This document shows positions 52,417-64,000 of a DNA stretch of 64,000 nt, piece by piece. Position 1 is the stretch's first letter. Every line of letters begins with the position of its first letter. The notes beneath the pieces are model-generated. The model was given only the letters and a program-made list of their open reading frames with translations. It searched no databases and was not told the DNA's origin. The stretch lies in assembly GCF_009914755.1 (NCBI RefSeq), contig NC_060926.1. One strand, given 5' to 3'. This DNA comes from the human T2T-CHM13v2.0 reference genome, Homo sapiens. The translations under genes and the position numbers were made by a program.

Positions 52417-52600
52417 ACCTCAGGAGTGAGTGGGCTTATTATGAAAGCGAGTTAAGCAGCCTTTCTCTCTCTCTCTCTCTTGCATCCTCTTCCTCTTCCA
52501 CCTCAAGCTATGGAGTGACACAGTAAGAAGGCCCTTGCCAGGTGCAGGTCTCCCGACCTTGGATTTCTCAGTCTCCAGAACTGTAAGAAATAAATTTCTT

Positions 52601-52943
<343 letters not shown>

Positions 52944-54360
52944 TTACCCAGTCCGTGTCATTCTATTACAACAGCAGGGAAGAGACTCAGATAGGAGCCC
53001 TGGGGCATATCTTGGCTCTGCAATTCACCAACTCCATGGCTGAGGGTCAGTCACTTCCCTCTGAATCTCACTGTCTCTCTCTAAAACAACAAGAATAATC
53101 ACCACCTCACCAGGTTCTCATAAGGACCAAATGACGTATAGGAGGGAGGTGCTAGCACTTGAAGATGGGGCAATCTTTTAAGAACCCTCATTGCCCTCGA
53201 TATTGACACATTCAGCCCTTGTCCAGCACGGCCCACCCATTCCACTGTTTTGCTTTCTGGATTCATCTCTAAGTGGGTTTCCCCAGGTGGGAAACTCCTT
53301 TAAAGACAATTAGCATACCTCTGGGTGCTCCCCTCTACCTAGAACACGGCTATGCTCATAATAGCTGCTTCATAATGTTTGTTAAATAATGACAACCAAT
53401 GAAAAGACTTGACTGATTGTTCAAAGCCAGATAGAGAGACTCAATGTGTGCAGACAAACTGGTTACACAGGCTTGTCTCATCTGGAACTATGGAAAACTA
53501 TGATTAATCTGGTTTTTAATTTGGTTACTTGAATGAAATAGAATATGGCAACAGACATGTAACACCCTGAGTTTTTGCTTGGGTTGGTTTAGCCACTTTT
53601 CTTTGGCATAAAGCCAGGAAGAACAAGGAATTTAAACTAGAGATTTGAAACCAAGGAAGCTTTAGTTAGATGCATCTTTGTTGGTAAAGAGGGCAGAATT
53701 GAGACCTGAGTTTATTATTATAAATAGCTTAATTATGTTTGGGTTTCAAAAGAAATATCGTTTTCATTCCAAGTTGGTCCTTCTTCTGAATTTGCTGAAA
53801 TAATATTTTATAGTCTGTTTTGAGGGAAAATCGTCTTTCTACCGGCAGCCCTCTCCCTCAAACATCTCATTAAAATGATGAACCCTGAGGTTTTCTTGGA
53901 TGGATTCAACTATAAACTTCGGGGATGGCTGTGAGTACATTCTGTTGAACACTTCTGGGAGGTTATTTTCCCTGGAGTGTTACCTCACTTGATAATTCCT
54001 CTGGGTAACAAATGTGCACGTCAGTTTCCTGCTGCAGCTCACGCCAACTGTGTGGAGGCGGCCTTCTCGCTTATGGCAACTGGTCCTGCCGGCTGGGCAG
54101 CGACGTGAGGACTTGCCCACCGTGATGAGCCACAAGGTGCAAATGTTGGAGAAAAGAAACAGCTTTTAGCCCAAGTGCACATCAAGCCCCAGCTTTACTG
54201 GAGGCATGGGATGCTGAGGCCTGGCTAACTGGAGTGGAAATTGCCATGAAATGCATATATGATAAGATGTTAGCTGACATTCAAGTGCTCTCTCCACAGT
54301 GTCTTCATTTGAGGGGTAGGAGTCTCTTTGCAGGGATGTTGTTTCTTTTTTCTCTTTACC

Positions 54361-54770
<410 letters not shown>

Positions 54771-55314
54771 AAAAAGCCCTCCAACCCCCTACCCCCACCC
54801 CGCCCCCCAATTCTTCCCTCTCTTCAGTCTTTGCTTTTTCTCACCACAGTTTAACCTGCTTCACAAGGCTCCCTGTGGTGGGCTTGGAGACCCAGGCTGA
54901 AACTCTACAGCACAGGCAGCCAAGGGCTCCACCATGCTGCAGTGTGGGAGGGTCAGCCAAGCTGTGTACAGACCTGTGCTCCTTCCCAAGCAAGCCTGGA
55001 AAGAACATTGTCTTGGTGTTAGACCACATGAATCTGAGCTCTGGAAACCTCATTGAGTGACTCAGAGCACCTGAGATGGCAAGAGAGGGAAAATCTCTCT
55101 TTTCCTTTTGAGATGCTGTTGGCCTCTCAGGAAATAATGAGTGCAAAGGTGGCAGGTCCTGCACAAATGCCAGGGACCAGAATTCCACTGACCGCCCCCC
55201 ACTCTATTCCTTCTGATGAATGACAAATATTACATCTCAGAGGCACTGTGGTACTGGCTTTGCTCTTTATTCTTCATTCAGGTCTCTGCAAGGAGCCAAA
55301 AGGAGCAGTTTTCA

Positions 55315-55709
<395 letters not shown>

Positions 55710-56518
55710 CTAGGGAGAAGCCAGGGAAGCATCCAGAATAAAATCCTCCCCAAGATTCTGTAGGTAGTCGGGCCTCATTTCTTCAGAGAAGCTGCAAGTT
55801 CAGGTGCCTAGAAATGGGTTCGGACCTTGTTTCCCTGGGTTGAGGGCGATGGAATAATTTTGCTGTTAGCACATTCCATTAGGTTAACTGCTCCCTGTGG
55901 TAGGTTTTTGCTTCGCTCTGGCAGTGTGAAAGCATTTTGGCATCTCTTGTTGAGGGTGGAGGGATGACATTCCTCAGGCTTTGAAGGTGTGTTCCTTCAC
56001 AAAAGGGACAGGATGGAAAGTCAAGTGGACCTTTTAGGGACCTTTAAAAGAGGTGTTTACATATATTTAGCTTTTGGGAGAAACCCTGCTGTCATCTCCC
56101 AGCCAACAACAGCTTATATATCCTGAAAATCCTATTTAAGGAGTATGAAGTACACAGTTGAAGATGCTCCCCAGCTCCAGGGCCCCCTGAAGGGGATAGG
56201 ATCTGTCATGTTAATGACATGTGCATATTATTAAGAGAAGGGTCAAAGGGCCTGGAGTTTGGGAATGAAAGTTTGTTGTAGGGATTCTTCAATATGCAGA
56301 TGGACAGCCTTACGGGGGTGTCAAGGGAGAGCCCTGGAAGAGTCTACTTCATAAAGCTATCTTTGTGGAGAACGCAGCAGTTTTGGGGGGCAGGGAGTGC
56401 TTTCCACAGGTGCAGAGCTCCGAGTGTGCCCTGCTCCCCACCCACCCATAGGATGATACCTCAATGCATGATCAAAGAAATGCAATTTTGTTTTGATTTC
56501 TTTGAATTAAAATGGTCA

Positions 56519-56835
<317 letters not shown>

Positions 56836-57845
56836 AAAATGGTAAATTTTATGAATGACAGAATCCCTAAATTCTCCTGAGCCATATAACACTTCCCCTT
56901 GGTAGAGGCGTCCAGAGGGCTTCACAGAGAGATGTAAAACTCCATGCTATTCCATCCAGTGCTGCTAGAAGTGCAGATTATATGTGAGTGGATGAGATGG
57001 AGGAAGGAGGGGGAAGAGCCAGGAGTGCAGATGACTCTGAGCATCACCTAGGTAAGGAGGAAGCATGGAAAGTGGGATAGGAGGCCAGAGGAGCCGTCTC
57101 TGGTTGGGATGATATGTGAGGTAGCCTTGATGGAGGGAGAAGGACTGGCTGGATGGAGAAACAAGAGAAACCTGTGGGCTGAGGGGCAGCCTGAACCTAG
57201 GTGCGTGGATGTGCATGGCATGTTCAGGGCTCAAGTGCATTTTGGAGCATGAGGTGAGACAGATGGACTGAGTCTAAGGATCATCTCCAGGCAATGGGGA
57301 ATCATCCATGGTGTCCCAGGATGGGGAACATGATGAAGTTCCTCGTGGTTTTGGGAGAAATTGACACTCAATAGACATATTGAATCAATTCAAAGAGGTC
57401 CATCTGTGCATCAGCCTTGGTAACAAGTAACCATGCACCTGCTTTGCATGGGTGCTGATCCAGCACTCCTGGGGATGGGGGGTGAGCCCAGACCTAGGTC
57501 TCTGGGGGCAGGGGTGGGTCCTGGCTCAGTGAGGCCACCACTTAAAGTTTCTTCCACCTCAAGCTTCTGCCCATCCCGTGCTTTCTCTCTTTCCTCTATC
57601 CATCTCCCTGGTCTCATAGGTCCAAAGCCCACCTGTCTTCCAGGAAGCAGCTCAGGGGAACCTTCTGCACAAAACCTCCAGACTCCCTGCTGCAGAAAGC
57701 TTGTTCTCTTGCCTCTAACCTCACCCAGAGCTTTTTCTACATATTTTTGTGTTTGAAAAATGTAAATAATCCCTCCCTCCCTATCAAGATCTTTATGAAA
57801 AAAATTATATAGTCAAGAAAGGTATAAAGACAAAAGAAAAATATA

Positions 57846-57989
57846 GGCCAGGTTTGGTGGTACACACCTGTAATCCCAGCTACTTGAAAGGCTGAGACAT
57901 GAGAATTGCTTGAACGCAGGAGGCAGAGGGTGCAGTGAGCTGAGATCACACTACTGCACTCTGGCCTGCACTACAGAGCAAGACTCCAA

Positions 57990-57992
<3 letters not shown>
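57846..57992 (+). mobile_element. Alu right-arm monomer with no A-tail, fused to L1
   Basis: Right-arm sequence ends gactccaactc and runs directly into L1 ORF2. Confidence 0.85.
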
Positions 57993-61290
<3,298 letters not shown>

Positions 61291-62288
61291 TAATAATCCC
61301 AGTGCCCTGGCCATACTACAGACCAAGGAAAGTTTTCTGAACTTCCCAGGTGATTTCAATGTGCAACCAAGGCTGGGAATCATGATGTCCAGTCCTGTAT
61401 GTTTTTATTAAGTCTCAAATTTCTAGCTCCTATTATATTCTTTCTCATGTCCCAAAGGCACGCATATGCAACTTGTCCAAATTAAACTCATCATTTTCCT
61501 CCTGAAACCTGTCTTTCCTGAGTCATTCACTGTATTGGTCTCTATCATTGCCATCTACCTGGTCACTCAATTTAGACACCTGGGCACCGCCCTTGGGAAA
61601 ATGAATTGCTTCCTCCTGTCCACTGGGCATGTTGCAGCGTTGTCAGGGAAAGGGAGGCTGACCTAATATTTGGGCCCTGGAGAAAGAGCCCAAATGGAGC
61701 CCACCCCACCTTACCTATAGTTCCCACTTCACCAGCTTCATCCTGTACCTGGAAGATACATCCCCTTGGCTTCTGGGGGCCAGGTGTGGCTGAAGGCAGG
61801 TCAATACAGGGATCCAAGTGCCTAGATTTAAACATGGTGCCAGGTAGAGGCAGGTTCTGGCCAAGTACACTCCCTGCGCTACAATCACATCAAACAGCAT
61901 GTGTTATCAATGGACTGTGAGCTCTGGTACAGGGGACTTGTTGTAGTGGGCATTATGTTGTAGATTGAACTGAAATTTTGTTCCTTCCAGGTTTGATCCA
62001 GGTTTCCTCTGCCATGTGGCTCTGTGACATATTTTTTGGAGTGCAGTGGTTTTTACAGCTATAATTGGAGGCTGGGCCCTGACTCCTGGCATGGTTTAAG
62101 ATATCACGGACCCTCGAGTCACGCTGCCCAGGTCTGGACTCCAGCACTTAGTGCTGTGTCTGCTATTTGCAGATCTCAGTATCCACACTGGTAAAATAGG
62201 AATTCCTAAAAAGCATCTAGCTGTTTGGCTTATTGTGAGGAGTAAAAGAGTTAATACTGTGGCAAGGCCCATAATAAATATTTGATAA

Positions 62289-62599
<311 letters not shown>

Positions 62600-62904
62600 T
62601 TTACTGATTATTTTTATAATTTAAAAAAATGCAGTCAGCAGAACTAAGAGAGTCCAGGATAAACCTGAGCAGACACAGCCACACCTTCAGGACCCAGAAC
62701 CTGCCTGGCAGCTTCACCTGTCATCAGTTCACTCCAAGTCCACCCTGTCTTGGCAGAGTGCACCCAGGCCCAGACAGAGGAGCCAGGGGAGCCCTGTCCT
62801 CAAGAAAGCACCAAGCTTAGTCTCCGGGGCAAGCCAGGTCCAGAGCCACAACACAAGTTGTGTGTGGGGTGGAAACAGCTTGCTCTTCCTCGCCTCTGGG
62901 CACT

Positions 62905-63035
62905 GTGGGCATTTGAACTCTGGAGCCAGTGACCTCATCTGTAAAAGGCAGTGAAAATTCCTACCTCACAAGGTGGCGAGGAGGATTAAATGAAATAAAC
63001 GACTGCAAGGGTTATGTAAACTGTAGAGTGCCCCA
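62905..63035 (+). mobile_element. MIR fragment
   Basis: cctcatctgtaaaagg...cctacctcacaagg...gaggattaaatga. Confidence 0.7.
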
Positions 63036-63902
63036 CAAATCGAAGGGATTATTGTTATCCATTAGCTCATTTGATTTGCATAATCCCTCTGAGGTGGGTA
63101 GAGGCTATTCCCGTTTTGGGACAGGCTGGTGCTCCCTGCTTCTTTAGGGCCTGAGTCTGTCCTTCGTGCCCAGGAGGCTGGTCTGGTTGGAGGCGGCCCC
63201 AGGCGCTCTCCGAGGAGCTGATGGGGTGGGACGCCCTTCTCAGGGAACTCTGGGGCTTCAGAGTGGGCCTTCCTTGGGGACTGCTCGACTGTGGCCAGGC
63301 CTCCATCCAGCCCTTCAGAGCTGGGGCAGCTCGGTCTGGGGACAGTGTCTCATCGCTCCCTCGCCACAGGGGCCAGGCCCTAATCGCTTTCTTTAGAGGC
63401 CTTTGTGCAGCCCGTTCTTTCATTCTGGGCCCAACACAATGCAGGGGTGAGCTGAGGTCAGATTTTCCACCTTCAGCTCTGGATTTCCTGTCTTTTGTCG
63501 GGTGGAGGACAGATTATGCCACCCGGCTTCCTGTCATCTCAGCACTGGGGGCGCCCCCGCCCTGGCACCAGCCCACAACGGGAGAGAGGGAAATCCCCCT
63601 GGGGGGTGAAGAGGGAGAACCTGCCCTTCATCCCCAGCCCCTCAGACATGGGCATTGGCCATCGTTAGATACTGAGCATTTCTTTAGATCTTTTAGCTGT
63701 TGAAAAATGGCTTCTTGTGGGATTTGAACTCTGATGACATCCTACAATATTTCACCTAAATATTCTAGATTAGAAAACATTATCAGCCCCATTAAACAAC
63801 ACGAAATCCTGCCCCTCTTTGGCAGCCCAGATTATGCAATAAAACACAATAAGGAATAGGCCCCTGGTAGCAGAAAGAGGTGGAGGCGGTGGGTATGGAG
63901 GG

Positions 63903-64000
63903 CTGTATTTGTTCCCTTGGACCACCATAAGAAGGTACCGCAAACTGGGGAGCTACAGCAGCAGAAATGTAGATATCTGTTCAAGCTGTCAGCAGGGCTG
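63903..64000 (-). mobile_element. MLT1-like LTR end (truncated by the window)
   Basis: tgtatttgttccc...ccataagaaggtaccgcaaactgggg...cagcagaaatgta. Confidence 0.5.

Noticed and set aside
63540-63562. Possible CTCF site gcactgggggcgcc
   Set aside because: Spacing does not fit the CCASYAGRKGGC core.

Overview
This is the human (or near-identical hominid) MYCN locus, 2p24.3. The core at ~37.3-44.7 kb is a CpG island holding the three-exon MYCN gene on the + strand. Its CDS is 39697-40486 joined to 43124-43728 (790+605 nt, 464 aa), with wild-type P44, T58 and S62. The cis-antisense gene MYCNOS/NCYM lies on the - strand and carries the 109-aa de novo ORF at 37874-37545. The bidirectional 5' region is densely overprinted. 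One exon-1 AUG (38219) gives an 86-aa, a 112-aa (MYCNOT) or a 253-aa (delta-MYCN) product depending on splicing. Exon 1b holds further uORFs, and two opposite-strand G-quadruplex motifs flank the NCYM start. My splice reconstruction of NCYM predicts a strong-Kozak 69-aa uORF ahead of the NCYM ORF. The flanks are mostly repeats: more than 40 Alus, old and young L1s, THE1/MST/MLT1/LTR8/MER41/LTR16 LTRs, MIR/L2, and U13 and 7SL retrocopies. They also contain several unique segments with homeodomain/HAND/GATA motif clusters that look like enhancers. Most of the sense/antisense system is already described. The least-described candidates are the NCYM uORF, a triple-GAS MER41 LTR about 3 kb upstream of MYCN, and the enhancer-like motif clusters. 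Repeat subfamily names are by eye, not from a database run.
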